A stretch of 64,000 nt of DNA. It comes from Veleropilina oligotropha (taxonomy: Eukaryota). Below, piece by piece: positions 1 through 8,377 of this stretch. A program made the translations under genes and the position numbers. The DNA is taken from NCBI GenBank assembly GCA_048128005.1, contig JBEUKZ010000032.1, forward strand, positions 372,001 to 436,000. The letters are read 5' to 3'. How positions within the stretch are numbered: position 1 is the first letter of the stretch; each line of letters starts with the position of its first letter. The notes under the pieces are model-generated. The model had not been told where the DNA came from and did not search any database. It saw only the letters and a program-made list of their open reading frames with translations.

Positions 1-94
1 CAGCCAGAGCCTAATCTTGCTCCTACTCGCAACGTTATGGTATTGGCATTATCGCTATATTAGACTGACGAGGAGATGTTGGAAACGCTTAAGG

Positions 95-709
95 ATGGAC
101 AGCCTCATCGATCAACTTATGGATGACGAACAAGAAATGACCGTGGCCGGGCCACCCCGCTCGATGCCCGAGGACCCTAAAACCGGCGTAGCAGAGAAAC
201 GGGAGAGGCTTGCAGCATTAGCCATTGGAGGACGGGCAGGCAAATACTTGGGGGGGAGCAACCTCACAGTTGACCGAATCGACGCTATGACCGACGAAGA
301 GGTTGAAAAACACTACGCACGGTATGAAGTGAGGTTAGGTGCGGAGATGACGAAGACCCTGGGGACTGCAGCTATAAACCTCTATGCGGGGGCAGCTGGG
401 ATGCTCTTGCCCATCCCACCACAAAATCAGCTACGTTTGATCGCTGACCTCGAGGCCGACCCTTTCATCTCACATGCGCTGTGCACTGCAAGCTGTGAGC
501 TGTATCACAAGTACGGCATGTACCTCGCACCGCTGACCGCAGCGTTGACCACGGCTAAGCACTGCCGATTTGGACACGTCTGCCCGCCTAAAATACCAGA
601 GCGAGATCAAGATGACAACGCAGGAAGTGGACCAAACGATGTCGAGCCAGCCGATCGAGAGCCAGCCGATAGAGAGGGTGACTTCATCGACAGACTCATC
701 AGTGAGTAA
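95..709 (+). CDS. Hypothetical protein of the Polinton-like element (~204 aa from ATG 95; the frame is open further upstream)
   Basis: Open ORF MDSLIDQLM...EKRERLAALAIGG...KHYARYEVRLGAEMTKTLG...LEADPFI...YHKYGMYLAPL in the compact gene array. No function recognised. Confidence 0.7.
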   Translation: MDSLIDQLMDDEQEMTVAGPPRSMPEDPKTGVAEKRERLAALAIGGRAGKYLGGSNLTVDRIDAMTDEEVEKHYARYEVRLGAEMTKTLGTAAINLYAGAAGMLLPIPPQNQLRLIADLEADPFISHALCTASCELYHKYGMYLAPLTAALTTAKHCRFGHVCPPKIPERDQDDNAGSGPNDVEPADREPADREGDFIDRLISE

Positions 710-1103
710 AAAGGACCCGAAAAAAGTGGCTGCAGGTCGGGCCGGCGCTGCTGCTCGAAAAGCCAAGCAGGAGAAGCTACTGGCCGCGGTTCGAAAAATG
801 AAAGAAGACATGAGTGCCCCAACAAGTGTTGTCGTTCCATCAGAACAGCCCGGGGAGGCGGTTCCAGCCGCAGAAAGACCGCGTGCGCCAGATACACGGA
901 AATCGGACCTATTTAATTGGACCCAGGTAGCCGTCGCTGCCGGTACGGTTGCGTTGGTATTTGTTGTCTGGAAGACGTCCTCAGAACGCAGCAACCCTGG
1001 TCCATCCACACCACATCAACAGCCACCAGACGCGGACGCTAGGCAGCCTCGGGCCGCCCCCACTATCGAATTGAAGAAGCAGAACCCTTTTCATATGCAA
1101 TAG
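612..1103 (+). CDS. Small basic protein with one predicted transmembrane segment
   Basis: KKDPKKVAAGRAGAAARKAKQEK basic helix, hydrophobic VAVAAGTVALVFVVW, then a Pro-rich tail. Overlaps the previous ORF in another frame. Start codon uncertain. Confidence 0.65.
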   Translation: MTTQEVDQTMSSQPIESQPIERVTSSTDSSVSKKDPKKVAAGRAGAAARKAKQEKLLAAVRKMKEDMSAPTSVVVPSEQPGEAVPAAERPRAPDTRKSDLFNWTQVAVAAGTVALVFVVWKTSSERSNPGPSTPHQQPPDADARQPRAAPTIELKKQNPFHMQ

Positions 1104-1132
1104 TCGCAAATCAATAGTACTAATCAACAGTT

Positions 1133-1372
1133 ATGACTACCCCAATCACTGATGGAAAGATGCTCGGCAACGCTGTATACCACGCCGCTATAGTGTCAGG
1201 CCTCGCCATTGGCTACGCACGCCTGACAAAGATGGTATTCAAGGGAGCGAGCCCCAAACTGGACTTCACGGGCTACGATGTCGGGATGGTCGTCCTCGAC
1301 GTAGCGCTCGCCATGGCGACGAAAGACATGCTGATCAAGCAAGGCATCATTCCGGCCGATATATTGAAGTAG
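1133..1372 (+). CDS. Small hydrophobic protein (79 aa)
   Basis: ATG-initiated ORF with two hydrophobic segments (AVYHAAIVSGLAIGYA; VGMVVLDVALAMA), tightly packed in the array. Confidence 0.65.
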   Translation: MTTPITDGKMLGNAVYHAAIVSGLAIGYARLTKMVFKGASPKLDFTGYDVGMVVLDVALAMATKDMLIKQGIIPADILK

Positions 1373-1403
1373 TGGGACCTTGCTAGATAATCGCAGCATT
1401 TCA

Positions 1404-1835
1404 ATGGCTTCCATTGCGATGCTGGTTGGGGGCGCTCTCGTCAACGCCCTCGCCTTCAGCGGCTCGAACTTCCTCTTCTCGAAGCTACGCAGCTCCGGTG
1501 TCGATGCGGAGCGTAAACGCCACGACATTGCTGTAGAACAGCTCAATGCTGCTCAGACTAAATGGTCACAACAGAGGGCAGAGCGTCTCGACTGGCTGAA
1601 CGTTGAACTTCGCCGCCAGGGTCATGCCGTTGGGACATTCCGAGATGTTGACGCCGCGATCCGTGAGTATGCATTGATCACCGGCAAGAACCTTGACCCC
1701 ACCGCTGTGGGAGGTGGCCCTGAGCCCCAGCTGTCTGACTACTACACACCGAGCGATGCCCAGAAGGGACGTGAGATCACCTTCATCATCCTGGGGATGG
1801 CTGCGACCGGGTTGGTAGCCTACAAGCTCGCCTAA
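1404..1835 (+). CDS. Small membrane / coiled-coil protein (~143 aa)
   Basis: N-terminal hydrophobic MASIAMLVGGALVNALAFSGSNFLFS, central helical ERKRHDIAVEQLNAAQTKWSQQRAERLDWLN, C-terminal TM ITFIILGMAATGLVAYKL. Confidence 0.7.
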   Translation: MASIAMLVGGALVNALAFSGSNFLFSKLRSSGVDAERKRHDIAVEQLNAAQTKWSQQRAERLDWLNVELRRQGHAVGTFRDVDAAIREYALITGKNLDPTAVGGGPEPQLSDYYTPSDAQKGREITFIILGMAATGLVAYKLA

Positions 1836-1876
1836 TTATTTCCAGTGGACATTTTTTTCGTGTGCCAGGTATAATA

Positions 1877-2098
1877 ATGGGGCTCCCAGAAGAGCTGTAC
1901 TGCGCTATGCTTGCGGTCGGCTATAGTACTACGTTACTCGACTGCTGGCGCCGCGACGAAAAGACTATGGTGCGGTTCGCGGTCCTGGTGCTCTCGGGCC
2001 CGACCAACCTACGGGAGACGACTGCGCAGCGACCGGCTCCGGAAGCTGAAGCCTGTTGGAGACTGATCAGTTTACTGGAATACATTGCTGATGGATAG
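1877..2098 (+). CDS. Hypothetical small protein (~73 aa)
   Basis: Fills the gap before the integrase; its stop codon overlaps the integrase start region. Confidence 0.45.
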   Translation: MGLPEELYCAMLAVGYSTTLLDCWRRDEKTMVRFAVLVLSGPTNLRETTAQRPAPEAEACWRLISLLEYIADG

Positions 2099-3089
2099 TA
2101 AGCTTGCGAGGATATACTACAGCCCTAAGGGCTACTGGAAAGGCATTGCCGCGATAAAGAAACTAGCGGAGGCTGCCAAGGCGTCTGAAATGGAGGCCCG
2201 GACATGGCTAAAGAGGCAGGCTATATGGCAGATCTATTTACCTGCGCCACGGCGGATTCCAAGACCAAAATTCGACGTCGTAACGCCAAACGAGGTTCAC
2301 CAAGCCGACCTCCTGTTTCTCCCCCATGACAAGGTCGGCCGTAAAACCTATAAGTACGCTTTGACTGTGGTTGATGTGGCCAGTCGCTTTAAAGAAGCTG
2401 AGCCTCTGGCCACAAAAGAGGCCAAAGGGGTTGCTGAAGCTCTGTCTCGAATCTACAGGCGGAGTCCTCTTAGCTGGCCGAAATTGCTTCAGGTTGATCC
2501 AGGGCGAGAGTTCATGGGGACGGTCTCCCAGCTGCTGGCAAATAATAATGTCGAGGTTAGGCGTGGCCGTGTGGATCTCCATCGCGATCAAGGGATCGTG
2601 GAGCGCTTCAACCGGACGCTCGCCGAGCGGCTCTTCGGGCACCAGTATGCAACAGAGATGAGTTTTACAGGGTCTGCGAAAGAGGGTCAAAGGTCAACTG
2701 AGTGGGTCGCCAGGCTGCCCGCCGTTGTTGCGGCGTTGAATGGGGAAGTGACCAGGCTGACCGGTAAAAAGCCCAAGGACGCCATCAAGGCACCTCGCGT
2801 TGCACAAAATCCTTCTTCCACTGTTCCAGGCCGACAGGGGAAGGAACAGAAACTCCCCTCTGACGTAGATGTTCGATACCTATACCAACCCGGTGAGTTG
2901 GAGGGTGGTCGCCGGCGAGCGACTGACCCGGTGTGGTCTCTAAAAGTGCACAGGCTTGGACGCTCTGTCACTAAACCTGACGAGCCTGTGCTCTACTACT
3001 TGCTTGATGGACCACCGCGTGGGTTCGTTCGTGAGGAACTTCTCGTGGTGCCTCGTGACACCCAACTGCCGCCGGTTCTCAGGCGTTAA
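2091..3089 (+). CDS. Retroviral-type (rve, DDE) integrase, Polinton-like
   Basis: N-terminal LARIYYSP; catalytic HQADL ... QVDPGREF ... GIVERFNRTL (D-D-34-E spacing); C-terminal GFVREEL. No chromodomain visible. ORF intact. Confidence 0.92.
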   Translation: MDSKLARIYYSPKGYWKGIAAIKKLAEAAKASEMEARTWLKRQAIWQIYLPAPRRIPRPKFDVVTPNEVHQADLLFLPHDKVGRKTYKYALTVVDVASRFKEAEPLATKEAKGVAEALSRIYRRSPLSWPKLLQVDPGREFMGTVSQLLANNNVEVRRGRVDLHRDQGIVERFNRTLAERLFGHQYATEMSFTGSAKEGQRSTEWVARLPAVVAALNGEVTRLTGKKPKDAIKAPRVAQNPSSTVPGRQGKEQKLPSDVDVRYLYQPGELEGGRRRATDPVWSLKVHRLGRSVTKPDEPVLYYLLDGPPRGFVREELLVVPRDTQLPPVLRR

Positions 3090-6000
3090 CAACCGCAAAT
3101 CCTCTTTTTCGGTTACATTCAAGGCACGTTAAGCGCACGTTGTCGCGGATGTGGCCCCTGCGGTTGTCCACACGGTCGACACTGAACTGCTGTGTGTCTT
3201 TGGGCTGGTAGGCCCAGAGCAGCTCTATGTTACATGCTGCGCATCGGTTGTTTTGGGCCTCTCTGAGCCGCAGGATGTCGTCGACCTTGAGGTTAAACCC
3301 CGGGAGTCCCTTTGCCTGGTCCTGGCGCATGTATGCCACGAGCTTCCTCTGGATGGTTTTTCGGAGCTGCTGCTTGCTCTGCTGCGCTTGGGGCGGCCTG
3401 TCCTCAGAACCCTCATCTGGAGGACAGGTTACCCGCTCGAGCTGATGCAGATACTCCACCCGGGACACGGCTAGGTAGGCGAGATTACTCCACTGAAGGT
3501 AGTCGTCGATGATCCAGACTTTCTGTGGGTCGTGAATGGTAAGACCCTGGCTCGAATGGATGGTGAGAGCATAGCCCAGGCGCCAATCCGGGGTCAGGAT
3601 AGCCTGCTCAGCGGCCTCAATCGTGACCTCAACGACGTCGTTGAGAACTAGCTCCTCTCTTTCATCGGTGCCCGGAATGGTTACCATGATATTTTGCTTA
3701 CGGGTGTCCCTGGGGTGATAAAGGATAGGTACCGGGGAGTCTGGGAAGTGCTCCTTGTGCCTCTGGAGCAACAGCTGTTGAGCCCGTTCGCGGACCTTCT
3801 GACGGCTGGTGAGGATTAGGTCGCCTGGCCTCCAGGTGTTGACAAACCGATCCCATCCAAGGCAGCTGGGGAGACTCTTACGCATTTCCCTGCACTGGAT
3901 TTTGTCGGGCTGGAGACGTATACGTCTTTTCAGGGCTTGGAGGGCAGGGTCGTCTTTCGCCCTGTAGTCTACTTCGATCTCCTCATAGTAGTCCGCGGTC
4001 TGTCGCAGCCAATCGTGCGGCATCTCGCCCGTAATCGGTGGTGGCTGGCCCTGATCGCCACAGCAGATAACCTGAACTTCGTGGTGGCCCAGCCAGTCCA
4101 AGAACATCTCGAGGATAGGCCGGGGAACAGTACAGACCTCGTCCCAGATAATGACGCGGGGGATGAACTTCTGACCCATGCGGTCGGGTGTCCAGTCAGT
4201 CTGGCCGCTCCATCGGAAGAAACTGTGGTAGGTCTGGGCTTTGACGCCTCTGGTTCGCATCTCTTTAGCGAGGCGGTGGGTTGGCGTGAATACAATGGGA
4301 TTCCTTGCCCGGAAGAGCTTGATCGCTCTCGTAGTCTTGCCACAGCCCCCTCCACCATTGAGGTAACTCAGGCGATGGTGGGTCAGCGTGTCATTGTAGC
4401 AAGGCGCGGTGCTTGGCTGGCTGGAATTGGCGGCACAACAATACTCTGGCTTGGGCAGGTATGCGGCATGTTCCTGTGGCAGGTAAAGCTGTTCCCCCTT
4501 GTCACGCCACTGGGCCGGTGCTACTGGCGGAAGGTACGTCTCCCCGATCAGACAGGAGATGCACGATTTATCGCCACAGTCGCAGAGCTGTGGGGCAACG
4601 TACACCGTGACATCGTCGAGCTTCTCCAACGAGGCCTTCTTGAGGTAGATGCTGTCAGTGGCCACTCGGACAGCTTCCTCAGGGGTGAAACGCTGAAGCA
4701 TGCTCAAGAGGCTTATGTGGGCATAGGCCAGCATCGATGCCCTCAGGTGGGCGTACTGAGGCTGGGAGCCATCATAGTACGTGAGGATGTGACCCATAGG
4801 GCATCTCTGAGGTGCGCCGACCAGGGTACCGCTTTGGCGGGTGTCTCTTACGAGGAAGTCAAGCTCTCCCTGGTCAATCACCAGTCTACGGGTCAATCTT
4901 TTGCCGTCAGCCTTGGCGCCTTGGGTGAATTTGCCGATAATACGGCATCCCTGGTCACGATTCTCAGGAAGCCAGACATCGGTTTGCTTTCTGAACGCGA
5001 TGATGGCTTCTCGGATCTTGAGGCTTTTTAGCAGTCCAGATTCTATGAGGAAGGCGAGCAGAGGCGTCGGGGCCCATCCATTCTCTGCAAAGTGCTTTCC
5101 GAACCAGGCGGGAATGACGGGGTGGATGTCTTGTGCGAACTCCCATTCCACGACCTCGGCAAACCCGGTACCGATTTCTCGGGGTAGAGGACCGTTAATT
5201 GCGACCCGGGTCATGCTGTGGGTTGGGTGCCCGAATCTTTCGAAGTATGGCTTAGCCTCGCCCTTCCCCAGAAAGCTGGCAGGGTAGCAGGCTTTCATGT
5301 CGATGCAGCAGACATCGCCCGTATCGTAGTTCATGGAATTCCACAGGCCACCATGGCCATGCTCTACGCAGGCCTTCTGGATATCATCGAGCAGGCCCGC
5401 TGGGGTAGGTCTCCAGCCGTTGTTCTCTTTGGCCATAATGCTAGCTGCATGGTTCTCACCAAAGGCTCGATCGGCGAGAGACTCATCCCCCAGAGCCTTA
5501 CAGGCTTCTTGGAGTCTCTCGTGAGCCTCTTTTGTCCGGTAAGTGCGGCCGTCCTGAAGCACGAACTGGTTCACGTTGAGCTGTCGGTCTGTACCGCCAA
5601 GGAGCCAGACAGCCAATGGCTCGTTACGTGTGGCTTGTCGGATAGCTTCCCAGACATCGCCCTCGTAGATGTTGACCTCGCGAGACTGCGGGAAGTGTAG
5701 GTCCTTGGACCAGGCGTGGCCGTTGTGACAGATGAGTTCTACTTGTCTGAATGTATGGTTTCCTTGACCGCGGTATTTACCACTGTTGTAGATGTCGGCA
5801 CCTGCGATGTCTCGCACGATGATCGCCCGTTTCAGTATCTTCTCGAGGATGGATATATCATCCACAGTGGCGCCTGTTACATGAACTCGCGCCTCCCACT
5901 CCTGTATTTTCTGCCGCCTTATCGGGGTGAGTCCGTTTCCTCTCAGGGCACCTTCGAAGTGCTCAACCACTCTCTGGGCAACGCAGTTGAGATCGCCGTT

Positions 6001-6750
6001 CTTCATTGGAACCAGGTTGGCTGGGTTTGGTTCTCTGAGAGGGTAGAGGCCGTAGACGACTGCAGTAACCGGGTAGGCGTTCTCGTAGTAGGCTTTGTCG
6101 ACCCCAGTGATAGCACCTGGCTTAGTGTCCTGAGAGATCTCAACGACACCCTGGCCCTTCTTCCTCGCAGCCTTCACCGGGTCAAACTTGTCTTCGACCA
6201 CCCAGTCGCCTTCACCCCACTCCCGCAAGAACTTTATCCTCAGGAGAAACTCACCCTTGGGAAGGGCTGTGAGGAGCTGTGCCGCCCTTGCATCTGTCAT
6301 ACGGGCATCCAGGGCCAGCCGTCCAGCCACTTCTATCCTCCATGTGGAGAAGGCCGCCGCGGCGCCATCGACCTCAAACTCGTCTTTGGCGTCGCTCAAG
6401 AGTTCCACCCACGGCTCTTTTGCTGGGAGCCTTACAGGGGGAGGGACCTGGTCATCCAGGTCAATGAATCGTTGCCCCTCTGTTGTGGTAAACAGCCCTA
6501 GTAGATCATTCTGGTAGTCCTGGGCTGTCCGGGGCTTTTTGGAGAGGGGGATTGGGTCAAATTCCTCAACAATGGCTTTCCGCTTTCTCTCCGTTTGGGG
6601 ATCCTTGGATGGGACCAGAGGCTTCAACAAGCGCTCCTTCACGTCTTCCGGGATTGGTTCGTCTAGAATATTCTGAACCACGTCCCGGAGAGTTTCAGAT
6701 GCCTGCATGTCTGCGAGCAGTTGGTCTATATAGTCATCCATAGTCGACAT
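3079..6750 (-). CDS. 1223-aa fusion: putative OTU-like N-terminal region + divergent family-B DNA polymerase + SF1B helicase + HNH/EndoVII-like nuclease
   Basis: PolB motifs: HGHGG, A CIDMKACYPASF, B-like IIGKF, C VATDSIY. SF1 motifs: LNGGGGCGKT, FTPTHRLA, QTYHSFF, IIWDEV, CGDQGQPPPI, DYRAKD, GYALTIHSSQGLT, YLAVSRV. C-terminus: CAAC...SVDRVDNRRGHIRDNVRLTCLECNRKR. Confidence 0.85.
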   Translation of the reverse strand: MSTMDDYIDQLLADMQASETLRDVVQNILDEPIPEDVKERLLKPLVPSKDPQTERKRKAIVEEFDPIPLSKKPRTAQDYQNDLLGLFTTTEGQRFIDLDDQVPPPVRLPAKEPWVELLSDAKDEFEVDGAAAAFSTWRIEVAGRLALDARMTDARAAQLLTALPKGEFLLRIKFLREWGEGDWVVEDKFDPVKAARKKGQGVVEISQDTKPGAITGVDKAYYENAYPVTAVVYGLYPLREPNPANLVPMKNGDLNCVAQRVVEHFEGALRGNGLTPIRRQKIQEWEARVHVTGATVDDISILEKILKRAIIVRDIAGADIYNSGKYRGQGNHTFRQVELICHNGHAWSKDLHFPQSREVNIYEGDVWEAIRQATRNEPLAVWLLGGTDRQLNVNQFVLQDGRTYRTKEAHERLQEACKALGDESLADRAFGENHAASIMAKENNGWRPTPAGLLDDIQKACVEHGHGGLWNSMNYDTGDVCCIDMKACYPASFLGKGEAKPYFERFGHPTHSMTRVAINGPLPREIGTGFAEVVEWEFAQDIHPVIPAWFGKHFAENGWAPTPLLAFLIESGLLKSLKIREAIIAFRKQTDVWLPENRDQGCRIIGKFTQGAKADGKRLTRRLVIDQGELDFLVRDTRQSGTLVGAPQRCPMGHILTYYDGSQPQYAHLRASMLAYAHISLLSMLQRFTPEEAVRVATDSIYLKKASLEKLDDVTVYVAPQLCDCGDKSCISCLIGETYLPPVAPAQWRDKGEQLYLPQEHAAYLPKPEYCCAANSSQPSTAPCYNDTLTHHRLSYLNGGGGCGKTTRAIKLFRARNPIVFTPTHRLAKEMRTRGVKAQTYHSFFRWSGQTDWTPDRMGQKFIPRVIIWDEVCTVPRPILEMFLDWLGHHEVQVICCGDQGQPPPITGEMPHDWLRQTADYYEEIEVDYRAKDDPALQALKRRIRLQPDKIQCREMRKSLPSCLGWDRFVNTWRPGDLILTSRQKVRERAQQLLLQRHKEHFPDSPVPILYHPRDTRKQNIMVTIPGTDEREELVLNDVVEVTIEAAEQAILTPDWRLGYALTIHSSQGLTIHDPQKVWIIDDYLQWSNLAYLAVSRVEYLHQLERVTCPPDEGSEDRPPQAQQSKQQLRKTIQRKLVAYMRQDQAKGLPGFNLKVDDILRLREAQNNRCAACNIELLWAYQPKDTQQFSVDRVDNRRGHIRDNVRLTCLECNRKRGFAVVNA

Positions 6751-6798
6751 GTTGCCGGGCGGGCATACACTAAGATCTTTACTTCTCTAATAGGAAAT

Positions 6799-7137
6799 TT
6801 ACGTGTGGTAAATTGCAGCCAAGCGGAGAAACTCTCTCCGGAAGGCACTTTTCTTTCGTTGCCAGTCCATAGAGTTCTCACTCTTATACCCACAGCCCTT
6901 ACACAACGTAAACCGGTTGAAGACGCCTTTGCCGCATTTGATGCAGGGCTTTGTGACCCAGCCATTTCGCCGTAGCCGAGCCAGGTGGACTTTGCAATAA
7001 TCTCTCAAACAACTCTTACCACATAGTTCTGTGGAGCTTATAGTAAGCCAGTGACAGGTGTCTGTGCCCTTCATCGTATCCTTTGCAGTGGGTATATCCT
7101 GTGATGTGGGTATATCTAATAAGACACTTATCGCCAT
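6799..7137 (-). CDS. Cys/His-rich putative zinc-finger protein (112 aa)
   Basis: CHWL...CGKSC...YCKVH and CIKCGKG...LCKGCGY. A homologous sequence is conserved in the decayed copy at ~59040-59250 (YCNIH...KPCSKFGKG...LCQGCGY). Confidence 0.7.
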   Translation of the reverse strand: MAISVLLDIPTSQDIPTAKDTMKGTDTCHWLTISSTELCGKSCLRDYCKVHLARLRRNGWVTKPCIKCGKGVFNRFTLCKGCGYKSENSMDWQRKKSAFRREFLRLAAIYHT

Positions 7138-7514
7138 GCAACTGCACGCTACCAGCGGGAACTACATACTTACATAACAGCTGCTCGGGGATTCCCTGTC
7201 CTCAAACACATTTCCGGCTTTCCTAGCATATATTAATAGCCTGTTCAGCCGTCTACTGTGGCCTCATTCATGCTGCTGCTCTTATCGCCACACGCGTCTA
7301 TTATTAGCCCGTTCAGCTCGCTGCTGACCCAGATTTCCTATTAGAGGTATGAAGATCCTAGTATATACCCGCACTATGTCGCGGTAAACATGGGCATTAT
7401 TTCTCACTGTTATCTACCGGCTGTGGCGGTGCGTCAGATAGTTGCACGCTCGCAAGCGGGAATTATATATTTATCTAAACTGGCTGCAATCTCGCCATGC
7501 AATTTGCACGGAAT

Positions 7515-7690
7515 GAAGCCCCCTTGTATTCCAGCCGTAGCCTGGGGTGTCTTCTCGACCATCTGTCGGCCCTCTTGAAGCCCCCTTGAATTTCAGCCGT
7601 AGCCTGGGGTGTCTTCGACCATCTCTCGGCCCTCTTGAAGCCCCCTTGAATTTCAGCCGTAGCCTGGGGTGTCTTCTCGACCATCTCTCA
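7515..7690. repeat. Subterminal tandem repeat, ~3 x 60-62 bp
   Basis: Unit GAAGCCCCCTTGAATTTCAGCCGTAGCCTGGGGTGTCTTCTCGACCATCTCTCGGCCCTCTT starting at 7515, 7577 and 7637. Confidence 0.9.
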
Positions 7691-8377
7691 GCATTTTCTC
7701 CACGCAGCCTTCTTCCTCAAGAATTCGAAACGCAACATGCGAAAGCATTCTGAGGAGGTCGTTGTGACATATGCATCAGATCTTATAAATACTAAAGCCT
7801 GACAGTTCTTATATAGTCAGGTAGCCATGGCAGGCAAGAGAGGAGGTGTCTCGTCACTTATGATGTGAATATTAAATCACAACAACGTTGAACATAGACT
7901 ACGTTGATTAAAATAAAACCTACAACACTCTAGACATATTGTAAAGCCGATTAAATCCCGAATCCTTAATTAGTTAACTGTCCATTGATTATAATGTGGC
8001 CACATTATCCAGTCAATCTTTATTTGATACTTTTGATACTGGATAATGTATTTCAGTCGAGGCGAATACCAACAGTGAGTCACTCCACAACAAGCTTTTC
8101 TAGTAGGTCATACGCAGTCGTGCGCGACGTAACTAGGCAACCAGGTAGTATTTGAATAGACTATGGATTGTAGATAACAGCGGTCAGGATAAATTGGGTC
8201 AATTCACGACGTTCATAAGCTAACCTGGTTTTCAGACAGAGCTGTATGTAAACACGGTGACTGTTATAATACAAGCCCGACCCTGGGAGCCTGAACGGGT
8301 GCTGGGAGCCTTATTTTCCCATTCTAAAAAGTCTACTGACCCCCCCTGCTGCTGGTTTGCTAATTTTCCCTGAGTCC

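Larger units (their letters stand above)
1..8353. mobile_element. Polinton/Maverick-like (virus-like) element, right arm; left end lies outside the window
   Basis: Dense, intronless, GC-rich gene array with a Polinton-type rve integrase and a PolB-helicase fusion. It ends in CCCCCCCTGCTGCT (8340-8353), fitting the 5'-AG...CT-3' rule. The reverse complement of this end (AGCAGCAGGGGGGGTCAGTAGAC...GGCTCCCAGCACCCGTTCAG) aligns with the start of the decayed relative at 58461 (AGCAGCAG-G run-TGAATAGAC...GGCTCCCGGCCACTGTTCAG). Confidence 0.85.

Noticed and set aside
3151..6975. Several + strand ORFs (e.g. 3937-5031, 5716-6501) opposite the replicase
   Set aside because: Antisense shadows of a GC-rich coding strand with no recognisable motifs.
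8232..8377. C-terminal extension of the 352-aa LINE RT ORF
   Set aside because: RT similarity ends near 8378; the rest is read-through into the terminus of the Polinton-like element.
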